From an uncultured Ruminococcus sp. (GTDB lineage Bacteria; Bacillota; Clostridia; Oscillospirales; CAG-272): a DNA stretch of 64,000 nt. Where the stretch lies: contig CAYWPS010000002.1 of assembly GCA_964460165.1 (NCBI GenBank), positions 2,709 through 66,708 on the forward strand, read 5' to 3'. This document shows positions 10,748-19,239 of the stretch, piece by piece. Position 1 is the stretch's first letter. Each line of letters opens with the position of its first letter. Under the pieces are notes generated by a model. It searched no databases and was not told the origin of the DNA. It saw only the letters and a program-made list of their open reading frames with translations. The translations under genes were made by a program, and so were the position numbers.

Positions 10748-11337
10748 AGCGCGTAGGTATTTTCGGCGGCACCTTTAATCCGCCGCACCTTGGTCACGTT
10801 GAAGCGGCGAAAGCGTTTGTTGATAAAATGCAGCTCGACAGCCTTATAGTTATACCCGCGTTTATTCCGCCGCATAAAGAATATATATCGAACGTAACCT
10901 GCGAGGAGCGCTTACAGATGTGTAAAATAGCGTTCAAGGACGTGAAAAATGTCTGTGTTTCGGATATTGAAATTGTCAGGGGCGGTAAAAGCTATACTTA
11001 TCTGACGTTACAAGAGCTTACTCATGACGGTGAGGAATTGTATTTTCTTTGCGGTACTGATATGATTTTGACGATGGATATGTGGAAAAAACCCGAGATC
11101 ATTTTTTCGCTTGCTAAAATATGTTATATCAGACGCGAGCGTAATTCGGAAACAACAGCACTGATCGATAGTAAGTGTAAGGAATATAAAGAAGTATACG
11201 GTGCCCGTATTGAAGCAATCGATTCCAATGTAATTGAGATATCCTCCAGCGATATCAGAGGCGCCAAATGCGATTTATCCGCTTACTTATCACCGGATGT
11301 TAAAGCTTATATACGCGATAAGGGGCTTTACCAATGA
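10744..11337 (+). CDS. nadD: Nicotinate-nucleotide adenylyltransferase
   Basis: GIFGGTFNPPHLGH (HxGH nucleotidyltransferase motif). ATGA overlap with yhbY. Confidence 0.9.
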   Translation: MKRVGIFGGTFNPPHLGHVEAAKAFVDKMQLDSLIVIPAFIPPHKEYISNVTCEERLQMCKIAFKDVKNVCVSDIEIVRGGKSYTYLTLQELTHDGEELYFLCGTDMILTMDMWKKPEIIFSLAKICYIRRERNSETTALIDSKCKEYKEVYGARIEAIDSNVIEISSSDIRGAKCDLSAYLSPDVKAYIRDKGLYQ

Positions 11338-11957
11338 TATTTGATAATGAATCAGTAGAAAAGCTGCGCTCCTTGATTAAAGGCTTTCTATCAGAAAAAA
11401 GATACGCGCATACGATCGGTGTAGAAAAAATGGCGCGCCGCCTTGGCGAGATGCTTATTCCGGACAGAGTGGACGAGCTTTCGGTTGCCGCATTGCTTCA
11501 TGACGTAGCAAAGGAGCTTTCGTACGAGGAGCATTTGTCATTGCTTGAAGGATCTGACGTTTCGTATACAGAGGACGATCTTTCTGTAAGACCTGCGCTT
11601 CACGCCATCGCGGCGGTGCCGCTCATTCGTAGGGTGTTTGCTGAATATGCGACTGCGGATGTTTTATCAGCGGTTGCCAATCATACGCTTGGCGCGGCAA
11701 ACATGTCAGTTTTTGATGAGATAATATTCATATCTGATTATGCGGAGGAAGGAAGAACTTATCCTGCTTGCATTGAAGTGCGAAACTTTCTTATTGAAAG
11801 CATAAGCCGTGAAAAAACGTTAAATGAAAATATTTCAGCGCTTCACAAGGCGTCGCTTAGAGCTACCGAATCGACGATTGAATCGATTGCTCTACGTAAT
11901 GAAAAAGTTAATCCCAGAACGTTTGCAACAAAAAGATATCTCGAAGATCTAATTTAA
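11334..11957 (+). CDS. yqeK: HD-domain phosphohydrolase YqeK
   Basis: HD motif LLHDVAKE. Conserved nadD-yqeK-rsfS order. ATGA overlap with nadD. Confidence 0.8.
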   Translation: MIFDNESVEKLRSLIKGFLSEKRYAHTIGVEKMARRLGEMLIPDRVDELSVAALLHDVAKELSYEEHLSLLEGSDVSYTEDDLSVRPALHAIAAVPLIRRVFAEYATADVLSAVANHTLGAANMSVFDEIIFISDYAEEGRTYPACIEVRNFLIESISREKTLNENISALHKASLRATESTIESIALRNEKVNPRTFATKRYLEDLI

Positions 11958-12006
11958 AGATTCTGCGTTTTATTTAACGGCAGAATTCAAAGCTTAAGGA
12001 ATTAAT

Positions 12007-12408
12007 ATGGAAAACAAAAACAACAATTTGAAGAACGCTCCGTCTTATGAAGTTGCTTGTGCTGCTGTCAAGGCGTTGCTAAAAATGAAAGGCAGTGACG
12101 TAAAGCTCTTTTGTGTCAAGGACACGAGCTCGGTTACCGATTATTACATCACCGTAACAGGTAGGTCTAAAACGCAGGTTTCAGCGCTTGCCGATGAGGT
12201 TGTGTATCAGCTCGAGGAATCTGGCAGAGAGGCGGCAAGAGTAGAGGGAAAGCGTGGCGATTCCTGGATACTCGTGGATTACATTGACGTAATAGTTCAA
12301 GTCTTTGACCGTGAATCGAGAAGCTTTTATGACTTTGACAGATTGCTTGCCGAAGCTGAGCTTGTAGATATTTCTCACATAGAGGAACAGCTTGATAACG
12401 AAAACTAA
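12007..12408 (+). CDS. rsfS: Ribosome silencing factor RsfS
   Basis: 133 aa. TDYYITVTGRSKTQVSALADEV...WILVDYIDVIVQVF pattern of the RsfS/YbeB/iojap family, in the position after yqeK. Confidence 0.85.
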   Translation: MENKNNNLKNAPSYEVACAAVKALLKMKGSDVKLFCVKDTSSVTDYYITVTGRSKTQVSALADEVVYQLEESGREAARVEGKRGDSWILVDYIDVIVQVFDRESRSFYDFDRLLAEAELVDISHIEEQLDNEN

Positions 12409-12425
12409 TTTAGAGGAAATATGTT

Positions 12426-14828
12426 ATGCTTTACGAATATTCAAAAATTGAAAAGAAATGGCAGGAGATATGGGATGCGGAAAATCCCTTTGCGGCGAAG
12501 CAGGATTACTCTCTTCCGAAGTTCTACGCGCTTGTTGAGTTCCCATATCCCTCGGGTCAGGGTCTTCACGTAGGCCATCCCCGTCCTTATACCGCACTCG
12601 ATATAATCTCAAGAAAGAAGCGTATGGAGGGATATAACGTTCTTTTCCCGATGGGTTGGGACGCCTTCGGTCTTCCAACCGAGAACTTTGCGATCAAGAA
12701 TAAGATTCATCCAAAGATCGTCACGAAAAATAACGTGGCGAGATTCAAATCTCAGCTTAAGGCGCTTGGACTTTCATTCGACTGGGACAGGGAGATAAAT
12801 ACCACCGACCCATCGTATTACAAGTGGACCCAGTGGATATTCCTTCAGCTATTCAAGGAAGGTCTTGCGTACAAAAAGGAGATGGCGGTTAATTTCTGCA
12901 CCTCCTGTAAAGTTGTTCTTGCAAACGAGGAAGTGGTTAACGGTGTTTGCGAGAGATGCGGTTCAGCCGTTGTCAGAAAGGTCAAGAGCCAGTGGATGCT
13001 CAAGATCACTGAATATGCAGAGAAGCTTATTAACGGTCTTGCAGACCTTGATTTTATTGAGCGCGTTAAAACTCAGCAGATCAATTGGATAGGCAAGTCT
13101 ACCGGTGCTGAAATAGATTTCAAGACTACCGCAGGTGAGAGCCTTCGTGTTTATACAACAAGATGCGATACGCTCTTTGGCGCTACCTATATGGTTATAG
13201 CTCCCGAGCATGCGTTCGTTGATAACCACAAGGATATTATTGAAAATTATGATGCTGTGCTTGAGTATAAAGCGCAGGCAGCCCGTAAATCCGACTTTGA
13301 GAGAACCGAGCTCGTTAAGGAAAAGACCGGAGTAGAGCTTAAGGGCGTAAGAGCAATAAATCCTGTTACTAACAAGGAAATTCCCATCTTTATATCCGAC
13401 TATGTTCTTGCCGGTTACGGAACCGGCGCAATTATGGCTGTACCCGCGCATGACGGGCGCGACTGGGAGTTTGCTAAGAAGTTTGACCTTCCAATAGTAG
13501 AGGTTGTAGCGGGCGGAAATGTTGACGAGGCAGCTTACACGGACGTTGAAACGGGTAAACTTATTAATTCCGGCTTCATTAGCGGTCTTGAGGTCGCTGA
13601 CGCTAAAGTTAAAATGATCGAGTATCTTGAAGCGAACGGTATCGGTACCGCCAGGGTTAATTATAAGCTTCGCGACTGGGTATTCTCCCGTCAGAGATAT
13701 TGGGGAGAGCCCATCCCGGTAGTTGAATGTGAAAAGTGCGGATGGGTTGCGGTGCCCGAGGAGCAGCTTCCTCTCGAGCTTCCTGACGTTGATTCTTATG
13801 AGCCTACCGAAACCGGAGAATCGCCTCTTTCGCTTATGACGGATTGGGTGAATTGCAAGTGTCCTAAATGCGGCGGCGATGCAAAGAGAGAGACCGATAC
13901 TATGCCTCAGTGGGCAGGTTCATCCTGGTATTTCCTCAGATATTGCGATCCCAATAACGACAAGGAGCTTGCATCCAAGGAAGCTCTTGACTATTGGATG
14001 CCGGTTGATTGGTATAACGGAGGTATGGAGCACACAACTCTACATCTTCTTTATTCTCGTTTTTGGTCAAAGTTCCTTCATGATCTTGGCGTTGTGCCTA
14101 CGAGCGAGCCTTATGCTAAGAGAACAAGTCACGGTATGATTCTTGGTGAAAACGGAGAAAAGATGTCCAAGTCTCGCGGTAACGTGGTTAACCCCGATGA
14201 TATTATCAGAGATTACGGTGCGGACACCATGCGACTTTATGAGATGTTTATCGGTGATTTCGAGCAAGCTGCTCCTTGGAATCCGCAGTCCATAAAGGGT
14301 TGTAAACGATTCCTCGAGAGATTCTTGAATATGTACGAGCTCGTACAGGGGGAAGGATCTACTCCCGAGCTTGAAAAGCACATTCATAAGCTTGTTAAAA
14401 AGGTTACCGGTGATATCAACTCTATGAAGTTCAACACCGCGATTGCGGCAATGATGAGCACCGTTAATACCGTTTACGAGGTTGGCAAGATCACGAAGGA
14501 TGAGCTGGCTACACTTACTAAGATACTTTCTCCTTTTGCTCCTCATCTTGCGGAAGAGCTCTATTCAATGCTTGGATACAAAACGCTTGTCTCTCTTGCA
14601 AAGTGGCCCGAGTATGATGAAGCAAAGACTATAGACGATACCATTCAGATGCCCGTACAGATCAACGGTAAGGTCAGGTCGGTAATCGGAATACCTAACG
14701 GCGCTGACAAGGATACTATTCTCGCAGCCGCTAAGTCTGATGAAAAGGTGAAACAGGCAATCGATGGTAAAACCGTTGTAAAAGAAATAGTTGTTCCCGG
14801 AAAGATCATTAATATAGTTGTAAAATAA
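12426..14828 (+). CDS. leuS: Leucyl-tRNA synthetase
   Basis: 800 aa. HIGH-class motif ([12 protein letters not shown]), KMSKS motif (EKMSKSRGN), and zinc-binding CxxC pairs in the editing-insert region. Confidence 0.95.
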   Translation: MLYEYSKIEKKWQEIWDAENPFAAKQDYSLPKFYALVEFPYPSGQGLHVGHPRPYTALDIISRKKRMEGYNVLFPMGWDAFGLPTENFAIKNKIHPKIVTKNNVARFKSQLKALGLSFDWDREINTTDPSYYKWTQWIFLQLFKEGLAYKKEMAVNFCTSCKVVLANEEVVNGVCERCGSAVVRKVKSQWMLKITEYAEKLINGLADLDFIERVKTQQINWIGKSTGAEIDFKTTAGESLRVYTTRCDTLFGATYMVIAPEHAFVDNHKDIIENYDAVLEYKAQAARKSDFERTELVKEKTGVELKGVRAINPVTNKEIPIFISDYVLAGYGTGAIMAVPAHDGRDWEFAKKFDLPIVEVVAGGNVDEAAYTDVETGKLINSGFISGLEVADAKVKMIEYLEANGIGTARVNYKLRDWVFSRQRYWGEPIPVVECEKCGWVAVPEEQLPLELPDVDSYEPTETGESPLSLMTDWVNCKCPKCGGDAKRETDTMPQWAGSSWYFLRYCDPNNDKELASKEALDYWMPVDWYNGGMEHTTLHLLYSRFWSKFLHDLGVVPTSEPYAKRTSHGMILGENGEKMSKSRGNVVNPDDIIRDYGADTMRLYEMFIGDFEQAAPWNPQSIKGCKRFLERFLNMYELVQGEGSTPELEKHIHKLVKKVTGDINSMKFNTAIAAMMSTVNTVYEVGKITKDELATLTKILSPFAPHLAEELYSMLGYKTLVSLAKWPEYDEAKTIDDTIQMPVQINGKVRSVIGIPNGADKDTILAAAKSDEKVKQAIDGKTVVKEIVVPGKIINIVVK

Positions 14829-14839
14829 GAACGGCTTTC

Positions 14840-14867
14840 AGGTCTGCGATATTCGTATCGCAGACCT
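14840..14867 (+). terminator. Hairpin after leuS (12-bp stem AGGTCTGCGATA/TATCGCAGACCT, TTCG loop)
   Basis: Perfect 12-bp stem 12 nt after the leuS stop. The U-tract is weak (ATTCTGT). Confidence 0.55.
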
Positions 14868-14916
14868 ATTCTGTATAACGTTTCGAAAAAAACTCAAAAA
14901 ACTTTGTGAAAAAGGC

Positions 14917-14945
14917 TTGACAAATATCTATATTTGTGATATCAT
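14917..14945 (+). promoter_or_regulatory. Sigma-A type promoter for the tRNA pair
   Basis: TTGACA (14917-14922), 17-nt spacer, TGaTATCAT extended -10 (-10 at 14940-14945). It lies about 22 nt upstream of the tRNA-Gly 5' end. Confidence 0.6.
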
Positions 14946-14967
14946 AATATGGCTTAATAAAACAGAT

Positions 14968-15041
<74 letters not shown>

Positions 15042-15044
15042 AAT

Positions 15045-15120
15045 GCGCCCTTAGCTCAGTGGATAGAGTGCCCGGCTACGAACCGGTAGGTCGAAGGTTC
15101 GAATCCTCCAGGGCGCGCCA
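15045..15120 (+). tRNA. tRNA-Arg (anticodon ACG)
   Basis: Acceptor GCGCCCT/AGGGCGC, D-loop AGCTCAGTGGATAGAG, anticodon loop CTACGAA, T-loop GGTTCGAATCC, encoded CCA. Confidence 0.9.
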
Positions 15121-15158
15121 ATCAAAAGAACACCCCTTTTTTGGGGTGTTCTTTTGAT
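15121..15158 (+). terminator. 16-bp perfect hairpin immediately after tRNA-Arg
   Basis: ATCAAAAGAACACCCC-TTTTTT-GGGGTGTTCTTTTGAT. The T-rich right arm serves as the U-tract. Confidence 0.6.
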
Positions 15159-15239
15159 TGGAACACCTGTCGGGATGATCTTATCGCGTATATTGAAGAC
15201 CGATGTTTTGTTACGTAAAAAATATTGCTTAAGTTCTCG

Positions 15240-15262
15240 AGCACCCGGAAGGGTGCTTTTTT
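15240..15262 (+). terminator. Second intrinsic terminator (AGCACCC-GGAA-GGGTGCT + TTTTTT)
   Basis: GC-rich 7-bp stem, GGAA tetraloop and a 6-T run, about 80 nt after the first hairpin and about 95 nt before spoIIGA. Confidence 0.7.
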
Positions 15263-15356
15263 GTCGTTATAAAGATAATAACTTTTTGATCGCCTCGTTT
15301 AATGCGACAATTTTCTCGCGCTATTGGTGATAATATTATTATCACGAGGTGATGAC

Positions 15357-16214
15357 TTGAAAACTTTATATATCGACGTGTATTTTATGATTAATTTTAC
15401 GGTAGATATTTTGGCTATATTTATAGCTTGCAGAATGATACATATTAAAGTTAATATGAAACGGCTGGTGCTATCGGGATTGGTAGGCGCGGTTCTTGCC
15501 GTTGTAGAACTTTTTGTCAAAAACAAAATATTACATATATGTATTGCCTCATTATTCGTTCTGATTATATACTGTATTGCTTGCAGGGGAGTGTCATTTC
15601 TCAGAGGAATAAAATTTATAATATCCTTCTACATAGCTACTTTCCTGATCAGTGGCGGTGTAAATTTTGTCTACGGTATGATGGACAAATATCTGGGTGG
15701 AATTTTTGCGGATGATCTTGTTACTACAAACAGGAAGGCCATTATTTTTTCACTGATAATATTGTTGATTATAGGAGCGCTAAGATTGTTTATAATGATG
15801 TTTTCTGATTCCATGAATAAAAAAAGCACACGGATTATGATAAAACTCGAGGACAAAACAATAGAGCTCGACGCTTTGATCGACACGGGAAATCTTGTAA
15901 AAGATCCAATGAACATGAATCCTGTTATATTTTTGAAAAGAAAATACGCTGAGAGCATTATTCCCGCGTCCGTCATAGATTTATCTAACCTTGACAGTCT
16001 TAGCGCGGACTTTAGAAAAAGAATAAGATTAATTCCCGTTACCAGGAATTCGTCTACGCATGTTATGACGGGAGTGAGGGTGGATAAGGTTATAATATGC
16101 AATGAAAAAAGCAAGGAAGAGATAAATGCAACTATTGTTATTGATAAAGAGGAAGGAACGTTTGGGGGATATTACGCATTAGCACCATACGTCGCGGGCT
16201 ATAATAATGCATAA
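15357..16214 (+). CDS. spoIIGA: Sigma-E processing peptidase SpoIIGA
   Basis: Five N-terminal TM helices and the aspartic-protease motif LIDTGNLVKD. It lies directly upstream of sigE. Start placed at TTG 15357 (LKTLYIDVYFMINF) behind a GAGGTGA SD; the ORF-track ATG 15324 is an alternative. Confidence 0.85.
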   Translation: MKTLYIDVYFMINFTVDILAIFIACRMIHIKVNMKRLVLSGLVGAVLAVVELFVKNKILHICIASLFVLIIYCIACRGVSFLRGIKFIISFYIATFLISGGVNFVYGMMDKYLGGIFADDLVTTNRKAIIFSLIILLIIGALRLFIMMFSDSMNKKSTRIMIKLEDKTIELDALIDTGNLVKDPMNMNPVIFLKRKYAESIIPASVIDLSNLDSLSADFRKRIRLIPVTRNSSTHVMTGVRVDKVIICNEKSKEEINATIVIDKEEGTFGGYYALAPYVAGYNNA

Positions 16215-16908
16215 CATTATAAAAAGGATTAAATATATTTTTTCAAAGTTATTTGGCGGCAGAAATCAGTTATACTATATAAACGGTAATGATACACTGC
16301 CACCGCCGCTTGATCCGGAAACCGAAGAACGCATGATAGAAAGCATCGATCGCAATGAATCCAAGAGCGTATTGATCGAGCACAATCTGCGTCTTGTAGC
16401 CTTTATAGCCAAGCGCTTTGAAAATACAGGCGCTAATATCGAGGAGTTGATCTCCATAGGGACGTTAGGGTTAATGAAGGCGGTGTCAACATTCAATAAG
16501 GATAAAAATATAAAGCTCGCAACGTATGCTTCTCGTTGTATAGAAAACGAGATACTTATGTTCATAAGAAAAACGTCTTCACAGAAAAGAGAAATATCCA
16601 TAGACGAACCACTAAGCGTCGATTGGGATGGCAATGAGCTTCTTTTATCGGATATTCTCGGCAGTGACAATGACGTCGTTTCCAAGGAAATGGAAGAAAA
16701 TGAAGAGCGAAGCATTTTACGTCTGGCTGTGCAGGAGCTAAGTCCCCGTGAGCGTATAATAATCGAGATGCGTTACGGATTACGCGACGGCAATGAGCAA
16801 ACACAAAAGGAAGTTGCCGATTCGCTTGGGATATCCCAAAGTTACATTTCAAGAATAGAAAAAAAGATCATGCAGAGGCTAAAAAAACGTATCGAAGAGC
16901 ATATTTGA
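16207..16908 (+). CDS. sigE: RNA polymerase sporulation sigma factor E (pro-sigma-E)
   Basis: Pro-sequence followed by YYINGNDTLPPPL. Region 2 is NLRLVAFIAKRFENTGANIEELISIGTLGLMKAV; region 4 is QKEVADSLGISQSYISRIEKK. 8-nt overlap with spoIIGA. Confidence 0.9.
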   Translation: MHNIIKRIKYIFSKLFGGRNQLYYINGNDTLPPPLDPETEERMIESIDRNESKSVLIEHNLRLVAFIAKRFENTGANIEELISIGTLGLMKAVSTFNKDKNIKLATYASRCIENEILMFIRKTSSQKREISIDEPLSVDWDGNELLLSDILGSDNDVVSKEMEENEERSILRLAVQELSPRERIIIEMRYGLRDGNEQTQKEVADSLGISQSYISRIEKKIMQRLKKRIEEHI

Positions 16909-16956
16909 GCCAAATAAATATTTTCAAGAAATTTTCAAGAAATTTGTAAAAAACTA

Positions 16957-16985
16957 TTGCAAAAGAATAAAAAATGTGTTATAAT
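16957..16985 (+). promoter_or_regulatory. Sigma-A type promoter upstream of rpmE
   Basis: TTGCAA, 17-nt spacer, TGtTATAAT (extended -10). Confidence 0.6.
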
Positions 16986-17024
16986 ACATCGTAATGAAAA
17001 CAATTAATGTTAAGAGGTGTTAAA

Positions 17025-17228
17025 ATGAAAGCTGGAATACATCCCGATTACAAAGAAGCTACCATCAGATGCGCTTGCGGTGCGTCGGTCGTAACTCACT
17101 CCGTTAAGGGTGATATGAACGTTGAAATCTGCTCCAAGTGCCATCCTTTCTATACAGGTAAGCAGAAGTTCGTAGATGCAGGCGGACGCGTTGACAAGTT
17201 CAAGAAGCGTCTCGCAATGGTTAAGTAA
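17025..17228 (+). CDS. rpmE: 50S ribosomal protein L31 (Zn-ribbon type)
   Basis: [19 protein letters not shown]...[13 protein letters not shown]. Start moved to ATG 17025 behind GAGGTG. Confidence 0.9.
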   Translation: MKAGIHPDYKEATIRCACGASVVTHSVKGDMNVEICSKCHPFYTGKQKFVDAGGRVDKFKKRLAMVK

Positions 17229-17239
17229 TCATTGCTTAT

Positions 17240-17277
17240 AAAAGAGCGTTGGTAGCAAATAGCTGACGCTCTTTTTT
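17240..17277 (+). terminator. Intrinsic terminator after rpmE
   Basis: AAAAGAGCGT...ACGCTCTTTT stem followed by TTTTATT. Confidence 0.7.
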
Positions 17278-17302
17278 ATTTCCGCTTTATAAGGAGGATA
17301 AT

Positions 17303-18556
17303 ATGTCTGAACTAACCGAAAAATATGCGGTACTTGTGACCATAGCTGAAAGCTCGTCGTTGCTGGATGAGTGTGAAAGAAGTCTTGATGAGCTGGAGCG
17401 TCTTTTGAATACTGCCGGCGGCGAATGTTTTGCTAAAATAATACAAATCAAGGATAAATTCGATCCCCGCACCTGCATCGGGAAGGGAAAGGTAGAGGAA
17501 ATCTCTGAGCTTTGCAAGAATAATGACATTTCTCTTGTAGTGTTTGACTTCGAGCTAACTCCCGCTCAAATCAGAAATCTCGAGAATGATATAGGCGACG
17601 TAACGGTTATCGACAGGAGCATGCTGATTTTGGATATATTTGCCCTTCACGCGGTTTCCGGTGAAGGAAAGCTTCAGGTCGAGCTGGCACAATTGAAATA
17701 CTCCGCACCTCGACTGACCGGCAAGGGCGTTGAGCTGTCAAGACAAGGCGGAGGCATTGGTTCAAGAGGACCCGGCGAAAGTAAGCTTGAGACGGATAGG
17801 CGCCATCTGCACGAGAGGATCGTTACACTTGAAAAGAGATTGGCGGAGCTTGAGCATAATCGTTCGATAATGCGCGCTCAAAGAGATAGAAGCGGTCTTA
17901 CGAAGATTGCATTAGTTGGATATACTAATGCGGGAAAGTCAACATTGCTTAACAAAATGACAGGTTCTGATGTTCTTGCCGAGGACAAGCTATTTGCGAC
18001 ACTCGATCCCACAACAAGAAAAATGGAGCTGGAGACCGGTGAATCTATACTTCTTACGGACACGGTAGGATTCATAAGAAAGCTCCCTCACCATCTAGTA
18101 AAGGCGTTTAAATCTACGCTGGACGAGGTTGTCTACGCTGATATTTTGCTTGTAGTCTCCGACATCAATGATCCGGAGGTTAGAGAGCATCTCGACGTTA
18201 CTAGGTCGGTTATTGAGGAGCTCGGTGCGGCAGACAAGCCAATAATTTACGTTTATAATAAATGCGATCTTGTTGAGAACGTCTCCTATGCCGTTACCTC
18301 AGATGATAGCGTGTGTCTTTCCGCATTTAACGGTCATGGCATTGAAGCCTTGCTTCGTATGATCTGTACAGAGATACACAGAGGAAAACGCGAGTGTTCT
18401 CTCAGAATACCATATTCAGATCAGTCAGCGTTGAATCATCTTTATAACAGCTATAATGTTATCAACGTTGAGTATTTCGAAGACGCTATATATACCAAGG
18501 TTGTTCTTGATGAAAAGGGAAGAGGACAATACGCGAAGTATATTTCGGAGGAGTAA
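17303..18556 (+). CDS. hflX: GTPase HflX
   Basis: HflX N-domain (LDIFALHA..EGKLQVELAQLKY) and G-domain GYTNAGKSTLLN / DTVGF / NKCD. Confidence 0.9.
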   Translation: MSELTEKYAVLVTIAESSSLLDECERSLDELERLLNTAGGECFAKIIQIKDKFDPRTCIGKGKVEEISELCKNNDISLVVFDFELTPAQIRNLENDIGDVTVIDRSMLILDIFALHAVSGEGKLQVELAQLKYSAPRLTGKGVELSRQGGGIGSRGPGESKLETDRRHLHERIVTLEKRLAELEHNRSIMRAQRDRSGLTKIALVGYTNAGKSTLLNKMTGSDVLAEDKLFATLDPTTRKMELETGESILLTDTVGFIRKLPHHLVKAFKSTLDEVVYADILLVVSDINDPEVREHLDVTRSVIEELGAADKPIIYVYNKCDLVENVSYAVTSDDSVCLSAFNGHGIEALLRMICTEIHRGKRECSLRIPYSDQSALNHLYNSYNVINVEYFEDAIYTKVVLDEKGRGQYAKYISEE

Positions 18557-18557
18557 A

Positions 18558-19175
18558 GTGGAAAGCTATATTACAATTCTTCGTCATTCTTCATGCGAAT
18601 ACGAGGACAGAAAGTCGGTATTTATCGGTGAAGCTATGCCTGTTTCCACCGAGGCTGACGCGCTTTCGTTTATCGATTCCGTAAAAAAAAGGTATCCGGA
18701 TGCAAGGCATCACGTTTATGCTTACGTTTTGCGTGAAAATTCGATAATGCGATTTACAGACGACAGGGAACCGCAGGGGACTGCCGGTATGCCGGTTCTT
18801 GACGTCATAAGAAAGAATGGATTAACCGACACGGTCGTCGTTGTTACTCGTTATTTCGGCGGCACTTTACTCGGTACGGGTGGGCTTGTGCGAGCATATA
18901 CCGCAGCAGCGCTGGGTGCAGTTGAAAAGGCAGAGATAATTAAATATGATATTTACGTAACCCTTACGATCGAGGCTTCATACTCGGATTATCAAAAATT
19001 CTCGCCTATATTTGACGAATACGCTTACAGAAACATCGATGTGCGATATACGGATAAGGTCGTTTTGACCGGAAGTGTGAGCAAGGTTAATTTTGATTCT
19101 ATGCAGGATAAGCTTATACAGTCTACCTCGGGACGAGTAAAAATAGAGATTATTGACGAAAAATTTGACTTTTAA
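18558..19175 (+). CDS. YigZ/IMPACT-family protein (UPF0029)
   Basis: EDRKSVFIGEA...ARHHVYAY...DDREPQGTAGMP...VVTRYFGGTLLGTGGL is typical of YigZ. Start placed at GTG 18558 behind GGAGGAG; the ORF-track start 18456 lies inside hflX. Confidence 0.75.
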   Translation: MESYITILRHSSCEYEDRKSVFIGEAMPVSTEADALSFIDSVKKRYPDARHHVYAYVLRENSIMRFTDDREPQGTAGMPVLDVIRKNGLTDTVVVVTRYFGGTLLGTGGLVRAYTAAALGAVEKAEIIKYDIYVTLTIEASYSDYQKFSPIFDEYAYRNIDVRYTDKVVLTGSVSKVNFDSMQDKLIQSTSGRVKIEIIDEKFDF

Positions 19176-19239
19176 TAAAATAAAAGTGTTTTTACAAAGC
19201 ATTGCGTATATTATTTTTGGAAAGTGAGGACGTATCGAT

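Noticed and set aside
12409-12425. Looked for a T-box leader upstream of leuS
   Set aside because: Only 17 nt separate rsfS and leuS, so there is no room for a T-box riboswitch. leuS appears to be co-transcribed with the upstream genes.
18456-18557. Upstream extension of the yigZ ORF into hflX
   Set aside because: It overlaps the last 100 nt of hflX. GTG 18558 follows a GGAGGAG SD and matches the usual YigZ length.
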